Origin: Felis catus
Lineage: Eukaryota
Assembly: GCF_018350175.1 (NCBI RefSeq)
Contig: NC_058382.1
Span: 54,314,001-54,378,000, forward strand
Reading direction: 5' to 3'
Length of the DNA: 64,000 nucleotides
The notes under the pieces are model-generated. The model did not search any database. It saw nothing but the letters and a program-made list of their open reading frames with translations, and was not told where the DNA came from. The position numbers were made by a program, and so were the translations under genes. Shown one piece after another: positions 37,750 through 51,545 of the stretch (positions within the stretch are counted from its first letter, which is position 1; every line of letters begins with the position of its first letter).

Positions 37750-38590
37750 GCATTGTCCAAGAAGAGTGTAACATGCTAATTAACATTAAAATTTAAGTCA
37801 AATGTGTATGTTGTAATCTCTAGAGTAACTACTAAAAGAAAAGGAAAATAATAGAGGTAAAATGGGATAAAAAATTTCTTAATCTTAGTTTTAAACACAG
37901 ATATATGCATAATTATATTAAATATAAATGGTCTAAATACTCTCATTAAAACATAAAGTTTATTGTTTTTTTTTAAATCCTAACATGCCACATAAAAACA
38001 CATCTAAAACATTTGAATACAGAAAAGCTAAAAGTAAAATGATGAAAAAAGAAATGCCATGCCAACATTATTGAAAGAATATGCTGTGTTTCTACTAATA
38101 TCAGATAAGGTATTCTTTTTTTTTTTATTCAGGCAAGGTATTCTTTAAAACAGAAAGCTTGGCTAGAGTTAAGGGGTATTCTTTTATAATGGTAAAAGGA
38201 TCAATTTCCCAGAAATATATAAAAATTATAAATGTGTGTTCCTAACATCAAAAACTCAAAATATATAATGTAAAAATGGGCAGATCTATATCAAAATATA
38301 AAATATAAATGTAACAAAATTACAAGGAGAAACAGATATATCCATAATCAGAACATAAATTTTCATACACTCCTCTCAATAACTGATAGAACAAGCAGAC
38401 CAAAAATTCAGCAAAGCTAAATATTTGAATATACAATTAATAATCTTGACACAAAGGACATACCCATAATGCTATACAAAAAAATTCAGAATACAACCGC
38501 TTTAACACACACAAAACAGAAAGAGTAGCCACATATTAGGTTAAAAAGGCAAGTGTCAACATGTTTAAACATGTCAATATCATTCAGATT
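37750..38590 (+). mobile_element. Old L1M ORF2 endonuclease-region remnant
   Basis: aaatataaatggtctaaatactc, taatggtaaaaggatcaatt, ctctcaataactgatagaacaagcagac. Confidence 0.7.
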
Positions 38591-38604
38591 ATAAACTATC
38601 AATA

Positions 38605-39860
38605 AAAAGACAACCTACTGAATGGGAAAAGATATTTGCAAATGACATATCCGATAATGGATTAGTATCCAAAATATATAAAGAACTCATACAACTCAAC
38701 ACCCCAAACCACAAATAATCCAATTTAAAAATGGGCAGAAGACATGAACAGGCATTTCTCCAAAGAAGATATACAGATGACCAACAGACACATGAAAACA
38801 TGCTCAGCATCACTCATCATCAGGGAAATGCAAATCAAAACTACAATGACATATCATGTATACCTGTTAGAACTGCTAAAATCAAAAACACAAGAGACAG
38901 GTGTTGACGAGGATGTGGAGAAAAAAGAACTCTCATGGACTGTTGATGGGAATGCAAACTGGGACAGCCACTCTGGAAAATAGTATTAAGTTTCCTCAAG
39001 AAGTTAAAAATAGAACTATCCTGGGGCGCCTGGGTGGCACAGTCAGTTAAGCGTCCGACTTCAGCCAGGTCACGATCTCGCGGTCCGTGAGTTCAAGCCC
39101 CGCGTCAGGCTCTGGGCTGACGGCTCAGAGCCTGGAGCCTGTTTCCGATTCTGTGTCTCCCTCTCTCTCTGCCCCTCCCCCATTCATGCTCTGTCTCTCT
39201 CTGTCCCAAAAATAAATAAACGTTGAAAAAAAAAATTAAAAAAAAAAATAGAACTATCCTACAATCCAGCAATCTACTATTGGGTATTTACCCAAAGAAT
39301 ATGAAAATACTAATTGAAAAGAATATATGCACCCCTATTTTTATTGGAGCATTGTTTACAATAGCCATGATAGAGAAGCAGCGCAAGCACCCATCAACAG
39401 ATGAATGGATAAACAAGATGTGGTATATACATACAACGGAACAGTATTCATCCATAAGAAAAACAATGAAACCTTGCCATTTTCAATGACATGGATAGAG
39501 CTAGAAAGTATAATGCTAAGTGGAATAAGAGGAAAACAAATACTATACGATTTCACTCATATATGGAATTTTAGAAACAAAACAAATGACCAAAGGAAAA
39601 AAAGAGAGAGGCAAACCAAGAAACAGACTCTTAACTATAGAGAGCAAACTGATGGTTACCAGAGGGGAGGGGGGTGAGGGAATGGGTGAAACAGGAGATG
39701 GGGTTAAGGAATGCGCTTGTTGTGATGAGTACAGGTAACGTATGGAAGTGCTGAATCACTGTACTGAAACTAATTTCACTAGCATGAAACTAATATAACA
39801 TTGTATATTACCTACACTGGAATTAAAACTAAAAGCTTAATAAGAAAAAAATAAAATAAA
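38605..39860 (+). mobile_element. Carnivore L1, 5'-truncated 3' end (ORF2 C-terminus plus 3'UTR), split by a SINE
   Basis: Translates as [32 protein letters not shown]; 3'UTR resembles the 30950 copy. Confidence 0.92.
39022..39243 (+). mobile_element. Can-SINE, very young feline subfamily
   Basis: Perfect TSD aaaaatagaactatcct. Confidence 0.95.
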
Positions 39861-40110
39861 GTGTCACTATCAGAGTATTTTCTCTAACAACACAGTGAAT
39901 CTAAAGCTCAATAAAATGACTAGAAAACCATCAGGTTTGGAAATTAAGAAATACACTTCTAAATCGAAAGGAAAACTATAAAATGTTTTGAACTCAACAT
40001 ATGGCTAAAGCAGTGCTTAAATAAAAAGGTATAATTTTAATGGATATACTTAGGGGGAAAGGCAGGTTGAAATTTAATGAACTAACAACCACATTAAGAA
40101 CTTTTTAACA

Positions 40111-40340
40111 GGGGCACCTAGGTGGCTCAGTTGGTTAAGCATTTGACTCTTGGTTTCTACTCAGGTCATGGTCTCATGGTTTGTGAGTTCAAGCCCTGCA
40201 TTGGGCTCTGTGCTGACAGCATGGAGCCTGCTTGAGATTCTCTCTCTCCATCTCTCTCTGCCCCCCACCCCCCTCTCGCTCTCTCTTTCAAAATAAATAA
40301 ATAAACTTTAAAAGACTGAAATAAATAAATTAATTAAAGC
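40111..40340 (+). mobile_element. Can-SINE
   Basis: Head and tail. Confidence 0.92.
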
Positions 40341-40819
40341 AAAGAATTTTTGTAACAAAAAAGAAAACAGAAAAAGGAGAAAGGAGAAAATAATAAAGAT
40401 AAAAGGAGAAATAAATGGAATAGAAAACATACAACAGAAAAATCCACAAAGCTAAGAGTCACCCAAAATGTTAAAAAAAAAAAAAAAATGAACCACTGAC
40501 AAGAATATTCAGGGGAAAAAAAGGAGAAAAGGGATAAATGTAAGCAGCCTCAGGAACGAAAAAGGGAAAATCACTATCCAGCTTAAAGAGGTAAAGGAAT
40601 GGCCAAAGCACACGTCAAGCACAGGGGGCTTCAGGGACTGACAGCATTTCTACAATGTGAAGACCCGATGAGAAGGAGACAGGCATTCACTTTATAATAC
40701 ATTACGGTGCATTTTTGTAATTTTGGCAATTAATAAGCACACGCTAAAATAAATGGATAAAATAGAACAAAAACATTAAAACAAAAAGAAATCCAAAGAG
40801 ACCAAGCCAAAGCAGAATT

Positions 40820-41230
40820 AATTCAACAGACACTCGCTGCACGTTCCTATGTATCACTCACTGGACTAGGGGCCAGGATTATGGAATAGTGAGACAAAGC
40901 TCTTTCCCTCACGAACTTCAGAGGAGACAGACACGAACCAAAAGTCATGCAAATAAATTCCAAATCATAATAAGCCCTATGGAAAAAAAAATAAAGGGAT
41001 GATACTGGAACAAGACAGGGAAACCTCTTCTGGTCTCAGATACTAAGGAAGAATTCCTACAGAAAGAGACATCTGAAATAACAGGCAAAAAATGGATACA
41101 AATTAACACGTATAGCAAAGGAGAGAGCACTCGAGGCAAAGATGGGAGAGTATTTTGAATAGTTCATAGGATGAAACATGATACAAGAAAGGTCAATAGG
41201 AAGGTCAGAAGGGACAAAGCACAGAAAGAA
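40820..41230 (-). mobile_element. L2 remnant
   Basis: attcaacagacactcgctgcacgttcctatgt...ccctcacgaacttcaga. Confidence 0.55.
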
Positions 41231-41865
41231 AGGTAAGGTTAGTAAGATACAGGCAGAGACCACGACAGGAAGAATAAATGGAGGAACTGATCGCATATTA
41301 AACAAACAAACATCACCACCAAGTAGAACTTATTCTAAAATATAGACGGTCAGTAATTTGTTGTAAATTATATCAAGTGATCAAAAGAGGAAGATTTAGT
41401 AAAATAGAAAGAAAGAATTCTCTAAGTTAGAAAATTATATCATGTTCAAGGGATCAGAAGATTTTTTCCATGCATTTTTCCCATCGGAAAGAGCAATCTG
41501 AGAAAACACTCCAATATCATGAAACACAAGTCCAAGAAAAAAGAAAATCATGGAATATAAAAGAACGTAAGAAGTAAGGAGATAAGTAAATTCCTATTCA
41601 AATCTGAGTCGTTGTTGATAATTTGACAAGTATACTTAAGGAAATGTTAAAGATGCAATGCCTAAGTACATACAGTATAAAAACACAATAATAACAAAAA
41701 TCTGAATATAAAATTAAAATATTTAGAAGACAGGAGAGAGGTTGGACAGAGAGAAAACAAAGAGTGGCTGAGTCGCTTATCTTGCTCAAGAGCGAGAGTG
41801 TAACACTTGTTTGCCTCTAGACGCTACTAGAAAAACTAGTTCCAAATATGTTTTTTAAGACTATA

Positions 41866-42050
41866 GGGGCACCTGGGTGGCTTAGTCAGTTAAGTGTCCA
41901 ACTTTGGCTCAGGTCATGATCTCATGGTTGGTGAGTTTGAGCCCCGCATCAGGCTCACTGTTGTCAGTGCAAAGCCCACTGTAGATCCTCGGTCCCCCTC
42001 TCTCTCTGCCCCTTCCCTGCTCACTCTCTCTCAAAAATAAATAAACATTT
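41866..42050 (+). mobile_element. Can-SINE
   Basis: Head and tail. Confidence 0.92.
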
Positions 42051-42084
42051 TGTTTTAAGTTTGTTAAGAATTTAAAGATAATCA

Positions 42085-42292
42085 GGGCAGCTGGGTGGCT
42101 CAGTTAGTTAAGTGTCTTGACTTCGGCTCAGGTCATGATCTCATGGTTTGTGGAGTCGACCCCCATGTCCGGCTCTGCGCTGACAGCTGGGAGCCTGGAG
42201 CCTGCTTAGGATTCTGTGTCTCCCTCTCCCTTTGCCCCTCCCCGACTCACACTCTGTCTCTCCCAAAAATAAATAAACATTAAAAAAAAAAA
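42085..42292 (+). mobile_element. Can-SINE
   Basis: Head and tail; TSD aagaatttaaaga. Confidence 0.92.
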
Positions 42293-42599
42293 AGAATTTA
42301 AAGAAGTAATATACATAACTACCAGAATACTAAAAAAAAAAGAAATGTCATAAAATAATCCCAAGAAAAGGAAGACAAAGAAGCATGATAAACAGAAAAT
42401 ATAAAATATGATACCATAAATACTTTCAAACATATTAGTATTCACAATAAATGTTACCCATATGCACTGTCATGGAAACCTACCCAATAAACGCATCTAC
42501 AAGGAGACCTTGAGACTTCAAGCTGTGTCTCCTGACAAAGTCAATAAGGATCTAAACAATTTACTTGCTATAATTAAATAGCTTCATTTACTAGGTACA

Positions 42600-44347
42600 T
42601 ATCTTAATTATCAATACATGTTAATTTGTGTAATATAGATATTAAATGTTGTGCTCCCAAAACTATACATTTTTCAAGTATGAATAAAATACTGATCACA
42701 TATTAAGTCACAAAAAATTTAGTAACACTGCAAAAAGGAGTGAAATGTCTGTCTTAATCTCCAATTAATGCATAAAAACTTGAAGTTAAGAACAACAAAA
42801 GGAGAATCAAAAAAATAATATTAATTTTATTATACGGAAAAGTTAAAACACTCTTCTAAATAACTCTTGCGTAGAAGAGCAAATAGCAACTGAAAATGTA
42901 TTGTATTTAGAAAAAATATCAATTAGAGAAGACTACATGATAAAACTTCTGTAGTCAAAACCACACTCTGGAAAAAATTCATAGCTATAAATATTTTTGT
43001 TTCTTATTTTCAAATATCAAATGTGAAAAGAAGTTAGTTAAGTATTGAACTCAAGTAGCTAGAAAATTAGGAATAAATGAGGCCTACAGAACACATAAAT
43101 ATCTTGGAAATAATTTGATGACTTTGGTATAATCTAGAAAAGTTGAACAGTTGAGTACACTTAGAACCCAGGAATCCAGCATCAAAGTATTTACCACGGA
43201 TAATCTCTGCTGTGGATGTACCAAGAGAAAGCGACAAAAATTACTCACAGCAATACTGTTTGTAATAGCAAAGCATGAAAATAAAACAAGAAACTGAAAT
43301 AAGGCCAAACGTCCAACCATAATAAAACAGGTCAAGGAATTCCATACATTTGCATACCTTATATCTGTATATTATATAATACCATATACTGTACCTTACT
43401 AGATTTTTGTGTATATGTAAATACATATATTCAAATTCTTACAGAGAAACATTATACTCCAATAAAAAAAATGAACCGCATGAACAAGGATAAATCTCAA
43501 AAGCATAATACTGAGCAAAAAACAAGATGCACAAGAATTCACACAATTTGAATCCAATTCTATAAGGTCCAGACCCAGGAAAAATGAAGCAATGCAAATT
43601 TTAGGGATCCAAAATTATGTTGCAAAACTGTAGGGAAAGTAAAGGAAATAACTAGAAATTCAGAAGAATAGTTGCCTCTCAGAGAGAGGGATGGATATAC
43701 ATGGAGAAAGGGGCACAAAAAGGGGTGACAATATATCCTATTTTTTAAAGTATGTGCTTAGTACACTCATAATTATTACTATTATTAAATTTTACACATA
43801 CATTATATACAGTTTTGTTTGTGTAGTATAGTTCAGAAATAAAAGCAGAACAGGTAAACAGATGAAGGAATGAATAATAATAATCGCAATGATTCATGTA
43901 AAGCAGAAACAGTGAAATGGGAAAATAAAGCTTAATTAAAGGTTGATTTTATAGGAAAAAATCAACCTAAGAATCAAACTGATGACAATCAAAAAAACAA
44001 GAAAAAAGAAGAAAATCATGAAGTTACAGCATTACCAAATACTATATATGAAAGAGATTTTGAAAATATAAAACTATTTACACCTCTTCACATAAATGTT
44101 AAAATAGAGACATATGAATGGTATTCTTACTAAATATAAATTACCAAAAATTTACTCAAGAAGAGGACACCTGAAAAAAAAAAATCAACAATGGAAAATG
44201 CTATCAAAAATTGTCTCCAGGAGCGCTTGGGTGGCTTGGTCAGTTAAGCGTCTGGCTCTTGATTTGGGCTCAGGTCATGAACTCACCATTCTTGGGTTCA
44301 AGTCCTGCATCAGGCTCTGTGCTGACAGTGCAGGGCCTGCTTAGGAT

Positions 44348-44397
<50 letters not shown>

Positions 44398-46560
44398 CCT
44401 ACCCCACAAATGTGTGCACGTTCTCTCTCTTTCTCTCTCTCTTTCTCTCAAAAATAAATAAACATTTTTTAAAAACTTTGTCTCCAAAAAATATTCCAGA
44501 CACACAAAATATCATAATCAACTTATTTCTTTCAAAAAAATATTCAAGAGAAAGCTTAACTGACATGTTGTATAAACTATTTCCAAAAACAGAGGAAAAA
44601 ATAAAAGGTTAATCAATTACTTTCATGAAACCAGCATCATCCTGACATTAAAATCTGAGTAAATTGGTACACACACACAAAGAAACCAAAGACCAACCAC
44701 ATTTCTGAATATCAATACTGCAATCCTAAACACACATAGCAGCTGGCCAAACTTTGCAAAATATTAAAATTTAAAAATGCGTTGGCACCAAGTATGTTTC
44801 GTTCAAAATGTGGAAACGTCGCCTTTGGAAATTACAGTTACTAAATTATAGCAAGTTTATGATAAGGAGAACGATTCCATGATAACCTTAGTAAGTATGA
44901 AAAAATACCTAATAAAGTATAATACCCATTCCTTGTTAAAAAGAAAACAGTAAATGAGGTACAGAAACTTTAATTAATGGGAAACATCCTATCTACCTTT
45001 TATCAACAGCCACTGTCTTAATTAATGGTGAAACAAAGGCTAGTTTTATTAAATCAGAAGAAAGAAATAAGATACAAATGCTGGCTATCACACTATTCTA
45101 TAGCGCTTTCTGAAAATTCTGGCTAATAAAACTAAGAGTAGAAAAATACAGGAAATGTATAACTAATAGAAAGAACAGTAAGATTATTTGAGGATTATGT
45201 GACCAGAATGCCAGAAAGACCTGACTGAAACACATTAGACTGATAAGAATTCAGAAAGTGAATAATTAAAAACAAATACAAAAAAATCACTCTTCTAATA
45301 TATAAGCAATAATAAACTCTATTCACAAAAGCAACAACAATTTAAACTACCTAATAATAAACCAAGGATCTGTATCAAGAAGACTAGAAAGATTTGCTAA
45401 CACACATAGAAAAGAGTTTAAATGAACGAGAAGAAATAGATTCCTGAATGGGAATACTCAAGATCTCAAAGATGTCAACTTTCCCCAAAGTGATCTGTAA
45501 ATCTAGTGCAATTAAAGGAAGAATCTCATCTGGATCTTATTTGGGAACTTTATCAACCGAAACAATCACAATATTTTGAGATAAGAATTATGAAAGTAGA
45601 CTCAAATTACCTAACTATAAAATGTTTCCTAAAACCCCAACAATTAAAACCATATGACAGAGAATACTCAAAAACACATTCATATTACTTACTATATGCA
45701 ACAATTTCATCAAAGATAAACCTAGCATTTCAAATCAGCGGGAGAACAATGAATCGTTTAATAAGTAGTGGTGTTGAAACAACAGATTAACCACAGCACT
45801 AAGCATATCCCTACTTCACACCATCCAGCAAAATAAATTACGGTTATATTAAGTGTACAAAAATTATTCCATAAAAGAAACAGAAGAGGCTTAAGATCAA
45901 CGGTATAGGCTTTCGCACAAGGAGAACTTTCTCTCTACCTCAAGGAAGGAAAGAAGGAAGCAAAGAAGGAAGGAGGAAATTTAGAAAGTAAAAAGAAAGA
46001 ATCTTAAATAGACATATATCTAATCTAGTATAAATGTTTAAGTCACGCTCCTTATTAAAAAAAAAAAAAAATCACAACTAACCAGAAAGAAATTAACAAC
46101 TAACCAGAAAGAAAAAAATATCTTTTTTGTTAATGAATGTTATAGACAATGATTAAATTAATAGTTTTTTTAAATCTTTATATATCAATAAGAAATGAAA
46201 AACACCTCATAAATTACAGTTTTTAAGAACAATACCAGTAATGCTAAGAGCCAAGTAAAATAAACATGCCAGTCAAGGCTGGTAATACCCTTACTGCGTG
46301 GCAAGCATATCCCTTCTGGAGAGCAATCGGCAGTATTAGCAAAAGTTTTTATCAAGGGTGTACTCACTGAACTTCCCCATAAACAAATTTATCATAAGGA
46401 AGTACCAGCAACATATACAAAGATTTCTAAAGAGAGCTTAGTTATATATGACTTAAAATAGTGAAAATTTAAAAACAAGCTAAATATGGAATCTAATAGA
46501 GTACAAGGTGATGAATTATACGGGACAGCATGTTGAAATGATGTTATAGGATACGATTAA
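42600..46560 (+). mobile_element. Extended decayed L1M remnants
   Basis: A-rich with scattered ORF2 and 3' motifs (cactcttctaaataactc, aaatataaattaccaaaa, aagatgtcaactttccccaaa). Confidence 0.55.
44220..44470 (+). mobile_element. Can-SINE
   Basis: Head, (CT)n; TSD ttgtctcca. Confidence 0.92.
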
Positions 46561-46598
46561 ATAAAGGAAATACTTATATTGTTTAAAAGAGTTGCACA

Positions 46599-46866
46599 GG
46601 GGTGCCTGGGTGGCTCAGTCGGTTAAACATCCAATTCTTGATTTTGACTCAGGTCACGATCTCACAGTTCGTGAGTTCAAGCCCCCATGTCGGGCTCTGT
46701 ACTGCCCGTGGGGAGCCTGCTTGGGATTCTCTCTCTCCCTCTCTCTCTCTCTGCCATCCCCCCTTCATGCTCTCTTTCTCTCTCAAAATAAATAAATAAA
46801 CTTAAAAATAAAATAAAATAAAATAAAATAAAATAAAATAAAATAAAATAAAATAAAATAAAATAA
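46599..46866 (+). mobile_element. Can-SINE with (TAAAA)n tail
   Basis: TSD aaaagagttg(c/t)aca. Confidence 0.93.
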
Positions 46867-47217
46867 GAGAAAAGAGTTGTACAATGTTTTGTATAGTATG
46901 GCCATAATTTCATATTTAGTTTTATCATACATATACTTGGATATTCTTTATGTAAGTAGACAAGGATTAGGATATACATCTATGTTAAAAGTGGACTGCT
47001 AAATTAAAGAATCATGAGCTATTTTTTCTGCTTTTTCTTTTTTAAAAATTTTCTGTGAGTATGTATGTGCTTTATAACCTGATTTTTTTAATATATTAGG
47101 GAACAAATAATGGAGAGAAGAAACTAAGATAGTTGAGAAGACACAGAAGCACCTATTACTGTAGCTGATTTCAAACCTCTAGCCCCAAAACTATTAGTCT
47201 GAGGACCTGAAAATCTT

Positions 47218-47431
47218 TTTTTCAATATTTTTTTTAACGTTTATTTATTTTTGAGAGAAAGAGAGCATGAGTGGGAGAGGGGCAGAGAGAGAGGGAGACA
47301 CACAATCCCAAGCAGGCTCCAGGCTCTGAGCTGTCAGCACAGAGCCCAACGCGCAGCTTGAACTCATCAACAGTGAGATCGTGACCTGAGCTGAAGTTGG
47401 ACACTTAACCAACTGAGCCACCCAGGTGCTC
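47218..47431 (-). mobile_element. Can-SINE
   Basis: Reverse head; TSD gacctgaaaatctt. Confidence 0.93.
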
Positions 47432-47863
47432 GAAAGACCTGAAAATCTTCTAAAGAAAGTTGTAGAAGGATGACCGGCAGTATTTTTTATTCCTGGAAAA
47501 TAAGAATTGCACGTACAACAGAAACACATACCCTGATTTTCCTGTTCTACAAACTGCTAACTAGAGAGCTTTCTGTGAATTCTTGGCAAAAATCCTAAAA
47601 GGGGTTTTTTAAAGGTCAGTTGATAGGTCTATATTTAAGTATGGCAGGATGTATCAACACCAGCGTGGAACTACACAAGCAAGAATATTCTTGTTCTCAG
47701 TGTAACACTCACCTACCCGTGCCTATGATCCTGCGCAAAGCACAGGTACAGACAATGCTAGAGCTACAGTACCACCTAGTAAGAAAAGGAGGGAAGTTGG
47801 AAGGGAAACCGTGGGCATTTTATAATTTAACAAGAGCTAAGTGGTGGTACCTCAGATGAACAG

Positions 47864-48089
47864 TTTATTTTATCTTTTTATAATTTCTTAATGTTTATTT
47901 ATTTTTGAGAGAGAGAGACAGAGCATGAGCAGGGAGGAGCAGAGAGAGAGGGAGACAACAGAATCCGAAGTAGGCTCCAGGCTCTGAGACATCAGCACAG
48001 AGCCCCATGCAGGGCTCAAACCCCTGAACTGCAACTTCATGACCTGAGCTGAAATTGGACGCTTAACCAACTGAGCCACCCAGGCACCC
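47864..48089 (-). mobile_element. Can-SINE
   Basis: Reverse head; TSD tcagatga. Confidence 0.93.
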
Positions 48090-48296
48090 TTCAGATGACC
48101 TAGTTTAAATCTTGGTTCTACCATCTGGTAGCTGTGAGTCTGTTTCTGAATCATTAATGGGGATTAAAAAAAAATTAGTGCCCATCCCAAAAGAAGTACT
48201 AAATGAGATAATGTGAAGAATTTAGACAGTGTATGATGTATAGTAAACACTCACTGAATGCTATTGTTACTGTTTTTAACCATTAAGATCATCTTA

Positions 48297-48500
48297 GGGG
48301 TGCCTGGGTGGCTCTGTTGGTTGAGTGCCCAGCTCTTGATTTCAGCTCAGGTCATGATCTTGCAGTTCCTGAGTTTGAACCCTACATCAGGCTCTGCACT
48401 GACAGTGAACCTGCTTGGAATTCTCTCTCTCCTCTCTCTCTGTCCCTCCCCTACTCTCTGTCTCTCTCTGTCTCTCAACATAAATGAATAAACATTTTTT
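48297..48500 (+). mobile_element. Can-SINE
   Basis: Head and tail. Confidence 0.92.
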
Positions 48501-49769
48501 AGAACTTTAAAATTAAAACAAAATATTATCTTGAAAGAGAATCATAGGAAATTGCACTTCACTAACCTCTTCATGCATCAGCCAGGACCAGAGATTAGAT
48601 TTCTTCAAAAGACCATACTGTTTCATTATGTCAAAAGCAAACGGGATTTGCACCAGCTTCCCTGAAATATCATAACACCATAGACATGGCCACACAAGAG
48701 TGGGAGGGCCAGGGTAGTAAAACAGAAATGCCTCAAGATATCAAAGATTTTGCAATCTCTTCCATGTGTGATGATCAAGGTAAGAAAACAAGCTATGACT
48801 TTCTGCGTAGTACCAAAATACACACCAATTCAGAGAGAAAATTAGGTCTATCACTTGAAGAAGGTCCATATGTGTCTGCATCCCAACCTCTCTGTGGTTC
48901 CCTTTATCCTTCTGTTAACTATAAGACCCTCACCAAAGTCGGTTTCACCAGTCGCCATGTGTACCACACTCTTCAAAGTGAATGTGGTTTCAGGGAGCAA
49001 TGCAGACCAGCCAATACAGCAATGTAAACAATAAGACACTAGAATCTTACCCATTCACCTTTTGTCCTGACAGGAGGTTTGGATTTCCTTACTCAGTCGG
49101 ACTTCCAATAGTTCACAAATAAGTTTGGATTTCCAGGAAAAGTTTAGACATCAAATGTTTCCCATAATGTCAAGGCCTGTGGTATGAATCGGTGAGGCGG
49201 GTCCTGATCCCATTCTTCATCACCAAGAGGATTAAACACGACTCAAGGCTGTGCTGAGCCTCACTGTCCTCCTTTAGTAAGTCTTGCATGAGAAAGCAAT
49301 AACGACGTCACGATTTTCAAGCAACTCTCGGGAAGAGTCCGGCAAGGTATCGTCTAGCTCATGTATGATGCACTCAGAATTTAGTGAAGAAAATAGCCAG
49401 TTCTAGCATTTCAAGCTTTTTGTCTCCTTCAGTAGAGTAAAAGAGGCCCTCGCTTTCGATTCTTTCTTGGAGATGTTGGTGAAAGACTAAGCAAATGACT
49501 TAACTGCGACCCAAACCCAAGACTCGGCAGTCCTTTGACTGTAAGACTGCATTAGCTTTACTGATATTACAAAGCCAAACACTGTCCGTGAGTTCTGCCT
49601 ATAAGAAACCAATGTCCACTGATCAACTGATCAATAAAAGATATAGAAAACAGATTTGAATGTTAGATGCCCTGAGGAAAACTGAAAGACTGACAGTCCT
49701 TCAAACTCCATACAAAACAGGTTGTCAAGATCAGTTTCAACGTTCATGTAAACGAAAGACCTGTATACA

Positions 49770-50830
49770 TTCATTCTTTCATTACCCAGATTGCCTTCTG
49801 CATCCTGCATGGGCTGGGTGCTAAAGAATGAACGAGACAGAGAGAATCCCTGCCCCCAAAACACTTAAAACCTGGTAGGAGACTCAGAAAATAAGATAAT
49901 AAATTACAACATATTGAAGTGAATGCTCTACTGAGATAAGAATGGGGTGCTACAGGAGCCCAAAGAAAACCCCTGATGAGCCAGGGAAGGTCTGCCAAGA
50001 GCAACATCCAAATTGAGACATAAAAGACGAACAGGATTTAAGCAAGCAACAAGGTGGCAGGGTTGGTAACAGAGAGCGCCCCAGCCATTCAGAAAGGTAT
50101 GAGTAAAGAGAGCATGTGGAGTGTTTCAGAAACCAAGAGCAGACCTCTGAAGAGACTGCAGCTGTAAGTGGAGAACCAGCAGGAAGTGAGAAGGGGTCAC
50201 ATCACAAAGAGCTAATACATCACTTAATAGTATTTCATCCGGAGACTTGATAACATTGGTATTTTAGAGAAAGATCCTTATAAGCATTTGGAGAAACACT
50301 GGACTAGATGCAGAGATATCAGCTAAGAGGTTCTGGAGTGATCTAAGTCGTGGGACTTGTCTTCTGAATTCAAGTGGGGAGAGAGAATATGCAGGGGAAA
50401 AGGACAGATTCAGGAAATAGGCAGGATGCTGATCCAAGAGAATATACACGGTGCCTGGGCAAAATAAAGGAGGCCATATTTCTAGCTAAGAGACCAATGG
50501 ACAGAGGTACTACTGAGGCTAGGAACCCAGAAAGAGAAGCAAGATTTACACAGGAAGATCATAAGTTCAACTTCGGATATTTTGAGTGAAAAGAGTCCAA
50601 GTGGAGTTAGATGGATAGCCCTGGAGTTGAGGGGGGAAAAAAATCCAGGCAAGTGTCAGAGACTTGGAAATCATCCACACAGCCACTGCATCATAATCAG
50701 CAGAAGAACTCAAGGTCAAAACTGTAAGAAGCTCCAAACTTTAAGAAACAGACAGCAGAAGATGGGGACACAGAGGCACCTCAGGAGTGGGAGAATCAGT
50801 CAAGGAAAACAGTTCAAGAATAAGGGATGG
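49770..50830 (-). mobile_element. L2 remnant
   Basis: ttcattctttcattaccc...ccctgcccccaaaacactta...aagttcaacttcggatattttgagt. Confidence 0.6.
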
Positions 50831-51099
50831 AGACCCAACACAAATGACGGCATCTGAAATACTTCCCTGCTCGCAACCCTGTGCTACATGCTGTGTGGGG
50901 AAACAAACCACAGGCATGATCTTAACACATGGCTGGTCTGTCAGTACTCAAGACCTGGGCTGCCCAAGAAGCAGGCAAATGACAAATCATGTCTTCAAGG
51001 GAGGCACCAAAAACATAAAATAGAAGCAGGGAGACAGATGCATATTGGACAGACAGATTGACGACAGACTCACCAATCAATGAATGGCAAGAATTGATA

Positions 51100-51545
51100 G
51101 TGTAGTAGATCATGTGATATTACACCCAGGTCTTCTTTTCAGGGTCTACATGCCCATCCCCTCCGCGTGTAGCAAGCTCTCTGCTGCAGAAGGTTCAAAG
51201 CTGTGTCCCTCAAAGGGAACTGCCCTCTGCCCAAGAATACACCCCCACCCCTCCCCACTCACCGTGGGGCAGCCTACCAGCAGTGTCTACATGGTACAGG
51301 GATACAAGGGCCCCGTTCCCCGCCCTCAGTTTAGGTCATTGCTGAAGGGCTATCACGGGTGCAGAGCCTTTGGTGGGACCAGGTGAGATCTCAACTGTAA
51401 CTTGACTGGAAGTCAGCTTCTCCACCTGTCCCATCTTGCCTTCCTCACTTCCTTATGAGTGTATCTCATGAGGGCCTTCTTCAGTAAACCCTCTACCTGT
51501 AATTCTCCATTTCTGAGTCTGGTTCCAGGTGGCCCCCCTAAAATG
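51100..51545 (+). mobile_element. LTR16-like ERVL solo LTR
   Basis: tgtagtagat...aagggaactgccct...ccttcctcacttcctta...cagtaaacc...ctgagtctggttccagg resembles recalled LTR16. Confidence 0.65.

Noticed and set aside
38605..39860. Possibly active L1
   Set aside because: 5'-truncated, interrupted by stops and frameshifts, and split by a SINE.
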